Positions 34,697-44,829 are shown, counted from the stretch's first letter. The stretch is DNA of 64,000 bases from Clostridia bacterium (GCA_017623255.1 JAGAPL010000076.1:3252-67251); one strand, 5' to 3'. Notes: a model not told the origin generated them from the sequence alone. A program made the numbers and translations.

Positions 34697-35938
34697 TTGA
34701 AAAGAATAGTATCTGTTGCTCTTATGGCGTTGATGCTCTTAACACTTGTGTCATGCACTTTGAGACCGATTGATGAGAATATACTTCCTGAAACAGAGCC
34801 TGCAAATGCAGAAACAAATGATAACTCTGAAAGTGAAAGTGAAACTGAAAGAGAAACCGAAACAGAACCTGTAACAGAGCCGGTGGAAGATGTTATAACA
34901 AAAGCATCTTTTGTTGGTTGCGGAGATAATATAATCTATTACGGAACTTACAGAGATGCAAAAAGTCAGGCTGTGTCAGGCGGTAGAGCATATAATTTCA
35001 GACCTATGTATTCTGAAGTTGAAAGTATAATTTCCTCAGCAGACCTTGCGTTTATAAACCAGGAAACAGTTATTTCTCATAGTAATGAGCCGCAGTCATA
35101 TCCAAATTTCAACAGTCCCGTTGATATTGCGGATGATCTTGTGGATGTTGGATTTGATATTATAAGCGTAGCCAATAATCATATGCTTGATCATGGAGCT
35201 CTTGGATTAAAGGAAACTTATGATAACTGGAAGGCTCGCAATGTAACACTTGTCGGTTGCCACGAAGAAAACGAAAGTGGAAAGTACGTAACTTATATAG
35301 AGAAAAATGGCATAAAGATAGGTATTGTTTCTTATACCTACGGTACAAATCTCGGGGAAGATCCTGCAAAGTATGGACTTTACGCATCATATCTGAAATA
35401 TGCAGATGTGGCAGGCGAGGTTTCTGAGGCAAGAGAAAATGCCGATTTTGTTATTGTAAGTGTCCATTGGGGACAGGAAGGCGCTATGACGCCCAGCGAA
35501 GAGCAGAAGAATTATGCTCAGATAATGGCGGATAATGGAGCTGACGTTATAATCGGTCATCATCCCCACGTGCTTCAGCCAATAGAGTGGATCGTGGGAA
35601 CAAGCGGTAATAAATCATTGTGTGTGTATTCTCTCGGCAATTTTTTGCATGAACAGGATTGGGAATATAATGTTCCAGGTGGAATGATAACGTTTGATAT
35701 TCAGAAGATTAATGAGGAAAGAGCAACTGTTGAGAATATTCAGTTTATTCCCACAGTTTGTCACTATCCCAAAAGTTTTTACGGCAACAAAATTTATCTT
35801 CTTGAAAACTACACGGCAGATCTTGCAAATGCCCACGCAGTCAGAACGTATTATAAACACAACATATCGCTGGAAGGTCTTATATCAATAGTAAAGAAAA
35901 CCATAAGTTCGGAATTTTTACCTGAAAGTTTTAAATAA
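34697..35938 (+). CDS. CapA-family (metallophosphatase-fold) lipoprotein
   Basis: The TTG start lies 8 nt after GAGGTGGGGAG. The lipobox is LLTLVSC, followed by an acidic linker rich in ETE repeats. It also has FVGCGDN, SVANNHMLDHG and GHHPHVLQ. Confidence 0.7.
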   Translation: MKRIVSVALMALMLLTLVSCTLRPIDENILPETEPANAETNDNSESESETERETETEPVTEPVEDVITKASFVGCGDNIIYYGTYRDAKSQAVSGGRAYNFRPMYSEVESIISSADLAFINQETVISHSNEPQSYPNFNSPVDIADDLVDVGFDIISVANNHMLDHGALGLKETYDNWKARNVTLVGCHEENESGKYVTYIEKNGIKIGIVSYTYGTNLGEDPAKYGLYASYLKYADVAGEVSEARENADFVIVSVHWGQEGAMTPSEEQKNYAQIMADNGADVIIGHHPHVLQPIEWIVGTSGNKSLCVYSLGNFLHEQDWEYNVPGGMITFDIQKINEERATVENIQFIPTVCHYPKSFYGNKIYLLENYTADLANAHAVRTYYKHNISLEGLISIVKKTISSEFLPESFK

Positions 35939-35955
35939 GTAAATAAGGTGATAAT

Positions 35956-37092
35956 ATGATCAAAAACGTATCAGTAGTACTGCCCTCATATAAACCTGAT
36001 GAAAAGTTAGAAGCAACCGTAAAGGGCTTTATTGACTCCGGTTTTGAGGATATCATCGTGATTGACGATGGCGGCGGAGAAGAATATAAGGCGATTTTTG
36101 AGAGAGTTGCGCAGTATCCTCAGTGCACAGTGCTCACTCACGAAGTCAATCGAGGTAAAGGCGCTGCACTAAAAACCGCATTTAAATGGTATAGTGAAAA
36201 CCGTGATGGCATAGGGGTAGTAACAGCTGACGGCGATGGTCAGCACACCCCTGAGGATACATATAATATAGCTGTAGCTATGGAAAAAAGCGGCAATATA
36301 GTGCTTGGAGTACGTGATTTTTCACAGCCCGATGTACCTGAGAGAAGTAAAAAGGGAAATACAATAACATCAAATGTGTTTAAAATTTTTGTGGGAATGA
36401 AAATATCTGATACCCAAACAGGTCTCAGAGGCATACCTGCAAAGTATCTTCCTAAAATGTGCGAAATATATGGCGACCGTTATGAATATGAAACCAATAT
36501 GCTTCTGTATATGAAGCGATGGGATTTTCCTTTTGAAGAAGTTAAGATACGAACAGTGTATATCAACGAGAACGAAACTTCCCATTTTCGTCCCGTGAGA
36601 GATTCTATGAGGATCTACTCTCTCATAATTAAGTTTCTTGTAACGGGAATGTTTGTGAAATTCCTTGGAAGCTCTGTTATAAGCTTTGTTCTTGATTACG
36701 GATTGAACGTAGTTCTTCAATTATTTTTAAGGGCCGTCAGTCCCGAAGTGATTGCAACGGCAGCTTCTTATATCGGAGCGCGAATCGTATCTTCCTTTGC
36801 AAATTATTCAATGAACAGAAGAATATTCCAAAGCAACAGCGGCATGAAAAAGACAATATTCCGCTATTATGCGCTTGCCGTATTTATAATGATTGCAGGA
36901 AGCGCTGCTGTAACAATATTTTCAGCCATGGCAAACGGATTGCCGATAATCAGTTCAATGTTTGCGGATATGGGCGAAAATGAAGTGAAAACTATTGTTT
37001 CAACATCAATAAAACTGCCCGTTGATATGCTTTTGTTCCTTATAAGCTATAATGTTCAGAAAAAATATGTGTTCAGAAAGGACGAGCAGTGA
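35956..37092 (+). CDS. family-2 glycosyltransferase fused to a GtrA-like membrane domain
   Basis: The GT2 N-terminus has VVLPSYKPDEKL, VIDDGGG and TADGDGQH. The C-terminal part of about 130 aa has 4 TM helices and is GtrA-like. Confidence 0.75.
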   Translation: MIKNVSVVLPSYKPDEKLEATVKGFIDSGFEDIIVIDDGGGEEYKAIFERVAQYPQCTVLTHEVNRGKGAALKTAFKWYSENRDGIGVVTADGDGQHTPEDTYNIAVAMEKSGNIVLGVRDFSQPDVPERSKKGNTITSNVFKIFVGMKISDTQTGLRGIPAKYLPKMCEIYGDRYEYETNMLLYMKRWDFPFEEVKIRTVYINENETSHFRPVRDSMRIYSLIIKFLVTGMFVKFLGSSVISFVLDYGLNVVLQLFLRAVSPEVIATAASYIGARIVSSFANYSMNRRIFQSNSGMKKTIFRYYALAVFIMIAGSAAVTIFSAMANGLPIISSMFADMGENEVKTIVSTSIKLPVDMLLFLISYNVQKKYVFRKDEQ

Positions 37093-38264
37093 TGAACGAA
37101 GAGGTAAATGTGCCTTGCAATGATGAAACAGAGCTTGTAACAGCGGCTGATCCACCTCCGATAAAAGAAAAGAAGAAAAGAAATGTTGGTAAGTATATTT
37201 TCAGAATCTTTTTCTCTTTATTCACAGCCATTGCAATTTGTGTATATGCATTGTTATCCCTATGCTATACAATAGCAACAGGACCGAGCGAAACTGCAAG
37301 AGATCGTGCGGTGCTTTCGGCATTACAAGCCAGTGCAACTAAATGGGTGCCGGGATTATTTCTTGATGACGCAACCGTTAAGTATATCAGCGAAAAAAGT
37401 GAAGTCGTTGTAGAAGATGTGGTTCCTCTCAGTGAGTATGATAAGAAAACTGATGAAGAGATCAAAGCGGAAGAGGATAAATGGGCAAATGCTAAGGATG
37501 GTATAATCTACGAAACAGTAGCTAAATCCACATTTAAAGCCTATGTAGTCCTTGTGCGCGATCCTTCCAGAGTTTTCACAGGAGTATCTTCTTCGGATTA
37601 TGCAAATGCCACGGAAGGAATAACAGTGTTTAAAGCGGCAGAAAAATATAATGCGCTTGTAGCTATAAATGGCGGTGAGTTTGCCGATACGGGCGGAACC
37701 GGAACGGGTTATGCTCCCGTCGGCCTTACATATTCAAACGGTGAATGCGTCTGGAACGACGGTGCAAGAAGAACCTTTGTAGGATTCACAAAGGATAATA
37801 AGCTTATTGCAAGCGAGAATATGACGAAGGAAAAAGCAGATGCACTCGGCATGCGTGACGGTGTAAGCTTTTTAACGGGAAACACTCTTATCAGCTGCGA
37901 AAATGATACGGTAACAAGGTACTATGCTGATGGAAATAACGGTGCGGCCCAAAGAACTGCAATAGGCCAGAGCGCAGATGGAACCGTTATTCTTGTTGTA
38001 ACTGACGGACGCAGCGCCAGCAGTATCGGTGCAACACATAACGATATGATAGATCTTATGGTATCTTATGGAGCAGTTTCCGCAGGTATGCTTGATGGAG
38101 GCTCATCCTCCGTTATGTACTACAGAGATTTCCATGAAAAGCTGGGCATTGATTATGAAACGCTCAGTGAATATGGAAAGAAAGGTCTTGTCAATAATTA
38201 TGTAGCATTCACATCTCCCAGAAGATGTCCCACCTATTTCATAGTTTCGGGGGTGGATGAATGA
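37089..38264 (+). CDS. phosphodiester glycosidase (NAGPA-domain) family protein, membrane anchored
   Basis: It has one N-terminal TM helix and the segments AINGGEF and GQSADGTVILVVTDGR...GMLDGGSSSVM. The start (GTG 37089 or ATG 37092) overlaps the upstream stop. Confidence 0.65.
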   Translation: MMNEEVNVPCNDETELVTAADPPPIKEKKKRNVGKYIFRIFFSLFTAIAICVYALLSLCYTIATGPSETARDRAVLSALQASATKWVPGLFLDDATVKYISEKSEVVVEDVVPLSEYDKKTDEEIKAEEDKWANAKDGIIYETVAKSTFKAYVVLVRDPSRVFTGVSSSDYANATEGITVFKAAEKYNALVAINGGEFADTGGTGTGYAPVGLTYSNGECVWNDGARRTFVGFTKDNKLIASENMTKEKADALGMRDGVSFLTGNTLISCENDTVTRYYADGNNGAAQRTAIGQSADGTVILVVTDGRSASSIGATHNDMIDLMVSYGAVSAGMLDGGSSSVMYYRDFHEKLGIDYETLSEYGKKGLVNNYVAFTSPRRCPTYFIVSGVDE

Positions 38265-39334
38265 AAAAACGTAAATTTTCTGTGTTCTGGTGCATATATG
38301 CAGTTCTTGTAATTGCGGCAATTGTGGTGATACACCTGGCACTTGGACAAGTTGAAACTTTTCTTGCGCAATATGAGGCTTCTCAGCCCAAGAACGCAGC
38401 AAAAGCTGTTTTTGATGAAAACTTTGCGAATTTTGATGCGCTCAGCTATCTTGATAAGTTTGATGATGAAATATTTGGCCTTGAAACAAAAGAAAACGTT
38501 GCTAAGTATCTTAGTGAGAAAACAAGTGGTGCAGAGTTTTCATATTATAGTATTTCATCTGCTGAAAGCGGTACGTATAAATACGCTGTTCGAGCAGGTG
38601 CAGTGAAGATTGCAGAGTTTTACCTTTATGAAAGTATGGGAGAAAACGGATTCCCTGTATACACGGCAGGAGATTTCAGTGTTTATTTTGCCGCAAATGA
38701 AGATGTAGGAGTAACTGTTCCTAAAGGATCAACAGTTGAACTTAACGGCTTTCAGCTTGATGACAGTTATATCGTAGAAAACGATATCCCCGATCCGCAT
38801 AACGAATACCTGCCTGAAGGCGTAGAAGGTAAGTTTTACACTAAGTATAAAGCGGGAGGATTTGTGACGACTCCATATATCAAGGTTACAAATTCAAACG
38901 GCGAATTAGCGTTGATCGAATCAGAGGAGGGATATGCAACAGCTCCCGTATATAGTGACACGCTGAAGTCTGCTTATAGTGAGTATGTGCTTTCCGCGTT
39001 GCAGAATTACGCCACTTATATTCAGGGAAGATATAGCAATGGCGGCGTAACTCTTGATATGGTAACAAAGTTTTTTGATCCCAAATCTGAAGTTTATGCA
39101 ACAGTTAAAAAAGTTTCAAACAAATATGTAAATTCTTATGACTCATATGAGTTTAAAAATGAATTGGCAGACGAATTCATACAGTATGACGATAACACAT
39201 TTTCATGCAGAGTGTCATTTGATCAGGTTTTACACCGCAGCGGAGCAGAGGATTATGTGGATCATATAGACTACACCCTTTATCTTCGCAAGTTGGGCGA
39301 TAAATTTTTGATTTTTGATATGCAGCATGAATAA
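38261..39334 (+). CDS. hypothetical membrane-anchored protein
   Basis: The ATG overlaps the upstream TGA (ATGA). It has a single N-terminal TM helix (FSVFWCIYAVLVIAAIVVI) and no family that I recognise. Confidence 0.5.
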   Translation: MKKRKFSVFWCIYAVLVIAAIVVIHLALGQVETFLAQYEASQPKNAAKAVFDENFANFDALSYLDKFDDEIFGLETKENVAKYLSEKTSGAEFSYYSISSAESGTYKYAVRAGAVKIAEFYLYESMGENGFPVYTAGDFSVYFAANEDVGVTVPKGSTVELNGFQLDDSYIVENDIPDPHNEYLPEGVEGKFYTKYKAGGFVTTPYIKVTNSNGELALIESEEGYATAPVYSDTLKSAYSEYVLSALQNYATYIQGRYSNGGVTLDMVTKFFDPKSEVYATVKKVSNKYVNSYDSYEFKNELADEFIQYDDNTFSCRVSFDQVLHRSGAEDYVDHIDYTLYLRKLGDKFLIFDMQHE

Positions 39335-39345
39335 AGGAGAGAGAT

Positions 39346-39924
39346 ATGGTTCCTTATTTTCCTGATTTTATCCAGAATGCCGATGTGGCAATACTTAATT
39401 GGATACACAATTTCTTTTCCTGCCTTTTTCTTGACGTAGTGATGCCTGTGATAACTGCACTTGGCAATAAAGGACTGTTTATGATCCTTGTGGCAGTAGT
39501 TATGGTATGCTTCAAAAAAACAAGAAAAACAGGCATTGCAATGGGTATAGCGCTGGTTTTGGGCCTTGCTCTCGGAAACGGACTTCTCAAAAATCTGTTT
39601 GCAAGAGTTCGTCCATATGAGCTTGAAGGTGCCCTTGTGACAGATCTTCTCATAAAAGCACCTCACGATCATTCATTCCCCTCAGGACATACTCTTGCCT
39701 CTTTTGAGTTTGCTTCGGTTATGGCGATCTGCTATAAGTCGCTTCCCGGAAAGAAAGTGACGGCAATAATTTCAGTTGTTCTTGCAGCGCTGATAGCATT
39801 TTCGAGATTGTATTTGTATGTTCATTTTCCTTCAGACGTTCTTGGTGGCGCAATCCTCGGAACATTCTTCGGGTTCTGCGGTGTATGGATAGTGGATGCA
39901 GTTGAAAAGAAGATAAAAAAGTGA
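39346..39924 (+). CDS. PAP2-family phosphatase (undecaprenyl-diphosphatase-like)
   Basis: It has the KxxxxxxRP (KNLFARVRPYE), PSGH (FPSGHT) and SRxxxxxHxxxD (SRLYLYVHFPSD) motifs. Confidence 0.85.
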   Translation: MVPYFPDFIQNADVAILNWIHNFFSCLFLDVVMPVITALGNKGLFMILVAVVMVCFKKTRKTGIAMGIALVLGLALGNGLLKNLFARVRPYELEGALVTDLLIKAPHDHSFPSGHTLASFEFASVMAICYKSLPGKKVTAIISVVLAALIAFSRLYLYVHFPSDVLGGAILGTFFGFCGVWIVDAVEKKIKK

Positions 39925-39925
39925 T

Positions 39926-39957
39926 AAAAAAGAACCGGATATCCGGTTCTTTTTTTA
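39926..39957. terminator. bidirectional terminator between the PAP2 gene and tatD
   Basis: The perfect palindrome agaaccggat/atccggttct is flanked by A5 and T7 runs. Confidence 0.85.
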
Positions 39958-40743
39958 TAGCTCAATATTGAACAGTCTCATGGAGTTTTCGATAGTAGCC
40001 TTTGCGAGAGTTTCTTCATCCTCACCTCTGGCTGCGGACATTGCTGCAAGAGTGTGAACCATAAGACCTGAATGATTGATCTTTCCTCGATGAGGCACGG
40101 GTGCAAGGTAGGGGCAATCTGTTTCTATCAGAATTCTGTCAAGTGGAACAACTCGGCATGCAGCGCGAACATTTTCAGCATTCTTGTAGGAAACAGGACC
40201 TGCAAAAGAAATGTACCAGCCTCTACGAACATAATCCTTTGCCATCTCAGCGCTACCGCTGTAGCAATGCATAACTCCTTTAACGTCGGGATGCGCACGC
40301 AGCATATCAAAGATATCACCGTGAGCCTCTCTGTCGTGAATTATAACGGGTATCTTTTTTTCTTCTGCAATGCAAAGCTGCATTTCAAAAACTTCCTTCT
40401 GGATATCACGGGGAGTGTCCCAATGGTAGTCAAGTCCTATTTCTCCCAGCGCAACAACTTTTTTGTGTGAGAGCAGGGAGGCGATGTTGTCAACTACAGA
40501 AGAAAGCTCGCTTCTTTCAAAATTAGCTGCGTCCTCCGGATGAAGACCTACAGCAGCAAAGCCTTTGTCGTATTTTTCGGCGATTTTAATGGCTTTTTTG
40601 CAGTTTTCAGGCTGAGTTCCAACACATACAAAGCCACAAACTCCCGCGTTAAAAGCGTCTTTTATAGCGCCATCTGTACCGTCGGGATATTCTTCGTCAA
40701 ATCTATGGTCGTTATAATGTGAGTGTGAGTCAAATAATTTCAT
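39955..40743 (-). CDS. TatD-family metal-dependent hydrolase
   Basis: It has FDSHSHY, GEIGLDYHW, VIIHDREAH and ILIETDCPYL. Confidence 0.9.
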   Translation of the reverse strand: MKLFDSHSHYNDHRFDEEYPDGTDGAIKDAFNAGVCGFVCVGTQPENCKKAIKIAEKYDKGFAAVGLHPEDAANFERSELSSVVDNIASLLSHKKVVALGEIGLDYHWDTPRDIQKEVFEMQLCIAEEKKIPVIIHDREAHGDIFDMLRAHPDVKGVMHCYSGSAEMAKDYVRRGWYISFAGPVSYKNAENVRAACRVVPLDRILIETDCPYLAPVPHRGKINHSGLMVHTLAAMSAARGEDEETLAKATIENSMRLFNIEL

Positions 40744-40799
40744 AATACACCTAAAGCTTAAGGGGACTTGTTAAGTCCCCTTAGAAATTTCTGTTGTTT

Positions 40800-42755
40800 T
40801 TATCTGATTCTTTCTCCGAGAGGAGTTTCAGGATCAAGGAATACAACGCGGATCGTTTCTTCTCCGCTTGCAAGGATCATACCGTTTGATTCAATTCCGC
40901 AAAGGGTTGCAGGGCGGAGATTGCAAACGAGAATGATCTTTTTCCCGATGAGCGCTTCGGGCTCATAGTATTTAGCAATACCGGAAACGACCTGACGCTT
41001 TTCATATCCAAGATCAACTTCAAGCTTCAGAAGCTTCTTAGCCTTCTTAATCTTTTCGCATGCAACGATCTGAGCACTTCTGAGTTCAACACCCATAAAG
41101 TCCTCAATGCCGATAAGAGCGCATCCTTCGGGTTTTTCAGAAGCCTTAGCGGCAGCTTCTGCAGCCTTCTGTTTTGCTTCCATCTCAGCATTAAGCTGTT
41201 CAAGCAGTTTTGCTTCGTCAATTCTTGAGAAGAGCATTGCAGCTTCTCCAAGTGTTTTGCCGGATTCAAGCGCTCCGAATGTTTCGATTGAAGCATAGTC
41301 GTTCTTGTCTGTTGCAATCTGAGCGAAAATGGATTCGCAAGTTGCAGGAATTGCAGGAGTGAGAAGAACGGCAGCGATTCTGATTGTTTCAAGCAGATTG
41401 TAAATAACGGTACCAAGGCGGGCTTTGTTTGCCTCGTCCTTTGCAAGAACCCAGGGAGTTGTTTCGTCGATATACTTGTTAGCGCGGCGAAGCATTGTAT
41501 AAACGGTGTCGATTGCATCTGCAATGTGGTAGTTGTCCATATTTGTCTTAAAGCTGTTTATGGCCTTTGTAATTGCTTCTTTGAGCTCACAATCAGTACC
41601 TTCATCGCCTGCGCTTGCAGGGATAACGCCGCCAAAGTATTTCTTAGTCATAGCGTGTGTACGTGAAACAAGGTTGCCGAGATTGTTTGCAAGATCGTTA
41701 TTGTAACGAGTGATAACGGATTCGTATGTGATGGAGCCGTCTGTAGCGTAGGGCATTTCGGAAAGCGCGTAGTGACGAACACCGTCAACGCCGAAATGTT
41801 TAGCCATTTCATCAGCGTAAATAACGTTTCCTCTGGATTTGCTCATCTTGTCCTGCCCGAAGTTGAACCAAGGATGTCCGAACACCTTTTTGGGAAGAGG
41901 TTCGCCAAGAGCCATAAGGATGATGGGCCAGTAGATAGTATGGAAACGGAGAATGTCCTTGCCGATGATGTGAACATCTGCAGGCCAATATTTCTTGTAG
42001 CTTTCAGGCTGATCAGCATGGTCAGGATCAAATCCAAGCGCTGTGATATAGTTTGAAAGCGCATCTATCCAAACGTAGATAACGTGGCCGTCGTCAAAGC
42101 TTACGGGAACACCCCATTTGAAAGAAGAACGGGAAACGCAAAGGTCCTGAAGGCCGCCCTCGCACTTGAGGAAGTTGTTGACCATTTCCTTTTTGCGGGA
42201 TTCGGGTTCGATGAACTCGGGATTGTTATCAATATGCTCAAGAAGCTTGTCTGCGTACTTGCTCATCTTGAAAAAGTAAGCCTCTTCCTTTGCTCTTTCA
42301 ACGGGTCTGCCGCAGTCTGGACATTTTCCGTCAGTTGCCTGTGTGTCTGTGAAGAAGGACTCGCAGGGAGTGCAGTACCAGCCTTCGTAAGAGCTTTTGT
42401 AAATGTCACCCTTGTCATAAAGCTTTTTGAAAATGTTTTTAACTGCGGTTTCGTGATAATCATCTGTTGTGCGGATGAACTTATCATAGCTTGTATTCAT
42501 CAGGTCCCAAACGCCCTTGATCTCACCGGCAATGTTGTCAACATATTCCTTGGGAGAAATGCCTGCGTCTGCAGCCTTATTTTCAATTTTCTGGCCGTGC
42601 TCGTCTGTGCCTGTCAAAAAGAAAACATCATATCCGCGCTGTCTCTTGTAGCGCGCGATACAGTCTGTCATGATAACCTCATATGTGTTGCCGAAATGAG
42701 GCTTCTGAGAAGCGTAGGCGATGGCCGTTGTTATATAAAACTTTTCTTTTTCCAT
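40800..42755 (-). CDS. metG: methionine--tRNA ligase (with C-terminal tRNA-binding domain)
   Basis: It has FYITTAIAYASQKPHFGNTYE, KMSKSRGN, a zinc knuckle CTPCESF...CPDCG, and a C-terminal EMAP-like domain. The ATG at 42755 lies 6 nt after AGGTG. Confidence 0.95.
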   Translation of the reverse strand: MEKEKFYITTAIAYASQKPHFGNTYEVIMTDCIARYKRQRGYDVFFLTGTDEHGQKIENKAADAGISPKEYVDNIAGEIKGVWDLMNTSYDKFIRTTDDYHETAVKNIFKKLYDKGDIYKSSYEGWYCTPCESFFTDTQATDGKCPDCGRPVERAKEEAYFFKMSKYADKLLEHIDNNPEFIEPESRKKEMVNNFLKCEGGLQDLCVSRSSFKWGVPVSFDDGHVIYVWIDALSNYITALGFDPDHADQPESYKKYWPADVHIIGKDILRFHTIYWPIILMALGEPLPKKVFGHPWFNFGQDKMSKSRGNVIYADEMAKHFGVDGVRHYALSEMPYATDGSITYESVITRYNNDLANNLGNLVSRTHAMTKKYFGGVIPASAGDEGTDCELKEAITKAINSFKTNMDNYHIADAIDTVYTMLRRANKYIDETTPWVLAKDEANKARLGTVIYNLLETIRIAAVLLTPAIPATCESIFAQIATDKNDYASIETFGALESGKTLGEAAMLFSRIDEAKLLEQLNAEMEAKQKAAEAAAKASEKPEGCALIGIEDFMGVELRSAQIVACEKIKKAKKLLKLEVDLGYEKRQVVSGIAKYYEPEALIGKKIILVCNLRPATLCGIESNGMILASGEETIRVVFLDPETPLGERIR

Positions 42756-42788
42756 TGTAAACACCTCTGTATAGGAACGTTACTAATT

Positions 42789-42817
42789 ATTATATACCAA
42801 ATGCTGATAATTTTCAA
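42789..42817 (-). promoter_or_regulatory. sigma-A promoter of metG
   Basis: On the minus strand: TTGAAA (42817-42812), a 17-nt spacer, then TATAAT (42794-42789). Confidence 0.55.
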
Positions 42818-42833
42818 TACAAATGGCAAATTT

Positions 42834-43715
42834 TTACTTGATAAGCAATTTGTAAAAAGCTCCTTTAGACATACCCCTGTCTTTAGCTGCAGCTTTGATG
42901 GCGTCCATGTGAGCCATTCCTCCTGACTCATACATTGCAACATGGGCTTCGGGGTCTTCGGGAAACTCATCCTTGCTTTCTTCCTTGATGCCGCCTTCAA
43001 CAACGAGAACATATTCGCCGCGGGGATCCTTCTGTTCATAAAGAGCAACAGCGCTCAAAAGTGTTGTGCGTATTATCTCCTCGTTGAGCTTTGTCAGCTC
43101 GCGGCAAAGCGTGATTTTTCTCTCACCCATATATTTAAGCATATCGGATAATGTTTGCTTAAGCTTGTGAGGAGCCTCGTAAAAGATCATGGTTCTTTCT
43201 TCGCTTGCAAGCTTTTCAAGCAATGCTTTTCGCTCACCCTTATTGGTTGTAACAAAGCCCTCAAAAGCGAATCTTCCGGTTGTAAGAGCCGAAAGGGTAA
43301 GGGCTGTAACGGCTGCGCAACACCCGGGAATACATGTTACTGGAACTCCAACTTCAGCGCAAAGACGAACGATATCTTCTCCGGGGTCGCTTATGGCGGG
43401 CATACCTGCATCAGTTATAAGCGCGCAGGATTCTCCTGCCTGAAGGCGAGAAACGATATATTCTCCGCGTTCACGTTTGTTGTGTTCAAAGTAACTCACA
43501 AAAGGCTTTTTAATGCCGTATCGTGATAAGAGCAGACCGGAGTTTCTGGTATCTTCTGCAGCAACAAAATCCACTTCGGAAAGCACTTTTTTTGCTCTCT
43601 CACTTATATCTGAAAGGTTTCCGATGGGGGTTGCAACAAGATAGAGCATACCGCCTATAACCTTGTTTTTTTCATCGCTTGTTGCAGGTGTGTCAAAATG
43701 CTTAATATTTTCCAT
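42834..43715 (-). CDS. rsmI: 16S rRNA (cytidine1402-2'-O)-methyltransferase
   Basis: It has GMLYLVATPIGNLSDIS and LITDAGMPAISDPG. Confidence 0.9.
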   Translation of the reverse strand: MENIKHFDTPATSDEKNKVIGGMLYLVATPIGNLSDISERAKKVLSEVDFVAAEDTRNSGLLLSRYGIKKPFVSYFEHNKRERGEYIVSRLQAGESCALITDAGMPAISDPGEDIVRLCAEVGVPVTCIPGCCAAVTALTLSALTTGRFAFEGFVTTNKGERKALLEKLASEERTMIFYEAPHKLKQTLSDMLKYMGERKITLCRELTKLNEEIIRTTLLSAVALYEQKDPRGEYVLVVEGGIKEESKDEFPEDPEAHVAMYESGGMAHMDAIKAAAKDRGMSKGAFYKLLIK

Positions 43716-43724
43716 TATATATCC

Positions 43725-44483
43725 TTAAAATAAAAAATCGAGTGAAGAGGTTTCATAAACCAAATCCATATCTTCTGTATAATCTCTTGAGCCGTCCTTA
43801 TATGTAAAAAGAGGACGTGAGAGTTTAACGGACGGCGCGGCTCCTTTTTTGCTTTCAATAAGCACCAGACTTGGCTTGGATTTCGTATCAGGGTAAACCG
43901 TTACTATACGTTTTGGCTCAAGCGTATTTTCCTTTAAGGCGTGTATAAGCTCGGCGAGTCTGTCGGGACGGTAAACGGTGTAGAAAAGTCCTCCGTGACG
44001 AAGAACTCTGTTTGCTGCAGCGCAAAAATCATATATAGTGCCGTTCATTTCGCGGCGGGCAATATTCATTTCATCAGTTTTATTGGCAAAACCTTCCGTC
44101 GCTTTGAGATAAGGCGGGTTCGAAATAACTGTATCGATCCAACCCTCAGTATCATCGGGAGTAACGTTGCGGATATCCTTGCAAATAACCGTTACTTTGT
44201 CAGAAAAATTGTTCAGAGCGGCGTTTCTCTCGGTAAGATGAGCAAATTTTTCCTGAACTTCAAAGTCATAGAATTTATCTGCTTTATTTTTAGATAAACA
44301 GAGAAGAGAAGCAACTCCTGTGCCGCTGCCGAAATCGGCTGCAGTTTTAACTCTGCTTTTCATAAAAGCAGCTAAAAGAAAAGCATCGGTTCCGAAGGTG
44401 AGCCCGTCTTTCTTTTGAATGAGCGAAAGGTTTTCGTTTATTTCATCAAGCCTTTCATCAGGCTGAAGATTCACATTGATCAT
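43725..44483 (-). CDS. SAM-dependent methyltransferase, YabB / tRNA1(Val) m6A37 methyltransferase-like
   Basis: It has DFGSGTGVASL and VISNPPYLKA. I chose the start at 44483 because it follows AAAGAGGAA; the ORF-track start at 44516 lies inside the ferredoxin terminator hairpin. Confidence 0.75.
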   Translation of the reverse strand: MINVNLQPDERLDEINENLSLIQKKDGLTFGTDAFLLAAFMKSRVKTAADFGSGTGVASLLCLSKNKADKFYDFEVQEKFAHLTERNAALNNFSDKVTVICKDIRNVTPDDTEGWIDTVISNPPYLKATEGFANKTDEMNIARREMNGTIYDFCAAANRVLRHGGLFYTVYRPDRLAELIHALKENTLEPKRIVTVYPDTKSKPSLVLIESKKGAAPSVKLSRPLFTYKDGSRDYTEDMDLVYETSSLDFLF

Positions 44484-44502
44484 ATATTCCTCTTTAAAGT
44501 TA

Positions 44503-44531
44503 TTAAGCCGGAGCATAGCGCTCCGGCTTAA
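44503..44531 (-). terminator. hairpin after the ferredoxin gene
   Basis: A 12-bp stem pairs ttaagccggagc (44503-44514) with gctccggcttaa (44520-44531). The U-tail is weak. Confidence 0.5.
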
Positions 44532-44550
44532 TTTAACTTATGTTATTTGA

Positions 44551-44721
44551 TTACTCAGCCTTGGGAGCTTCAACAGGGCAAGCAGATGCGCAAGCACCGC
44601 AGTCCAGACACTCGTCAGCGTTGATCTCAAACTTGCCGTCGCCTTCAGTGATAGCACCAACAGGGCATTCAGCAGCGCAAGCACCGCAAGCGATGCATTC
44701 ATCGGAAATTACATATGCCAT
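44551..44721 (-). CDS. fdx: clostridial-type 2x[4Fe-4S] ferredoxin (56 aa)
   Basis: My own translation of the minus strand is MAYVISDECIACGACAAECPVGAITEGDGKFEINADECLDCGACASACPVEAPKAE. GGAGGT lies upstream. It is below the ORF-track size cut-off. Confidence 0.9.
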   Translation of the reverse strand: MAYVISDECIACGACAAECPVGAITEGDGKFEINADECLDCGACASACPVEAPKAE

Positions 44722-44829
44722 TGTAAAATACCTCCGTTTATTTTGTTTAAAAGATTATAGCACAATTAATATGCTTTGAAAAGAGTTTTTTTAAAAAAAC
44801 ACAAATTTTCAGCGAAAATAACTAAAAAA

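Noticed and set aside
42084-42926. A 280-aa plus-strand ORF, the longest unassigned entry in the ORF track.
   Set aside because: It lies entirely antisense to metG and the start of rsmI, whose translations carry unmistakable family motifs. Its own translation is low-complexity (V/C/F/L-rich) with no RBS. This is a typical shadow ORF.
44540-44779. A 79-aa plus-strand ORF rich in Ala/Ser/Gln (MLFDYSALGASTGQADAQAPQ...).
   Set aside because: It is the reverse-complement shadow of the 56-aa ferredoxin gene (44551-44721). The ferredoxin has a perfect 2x CxxCxxCxxxCP pattern and a GGAGG RBS.
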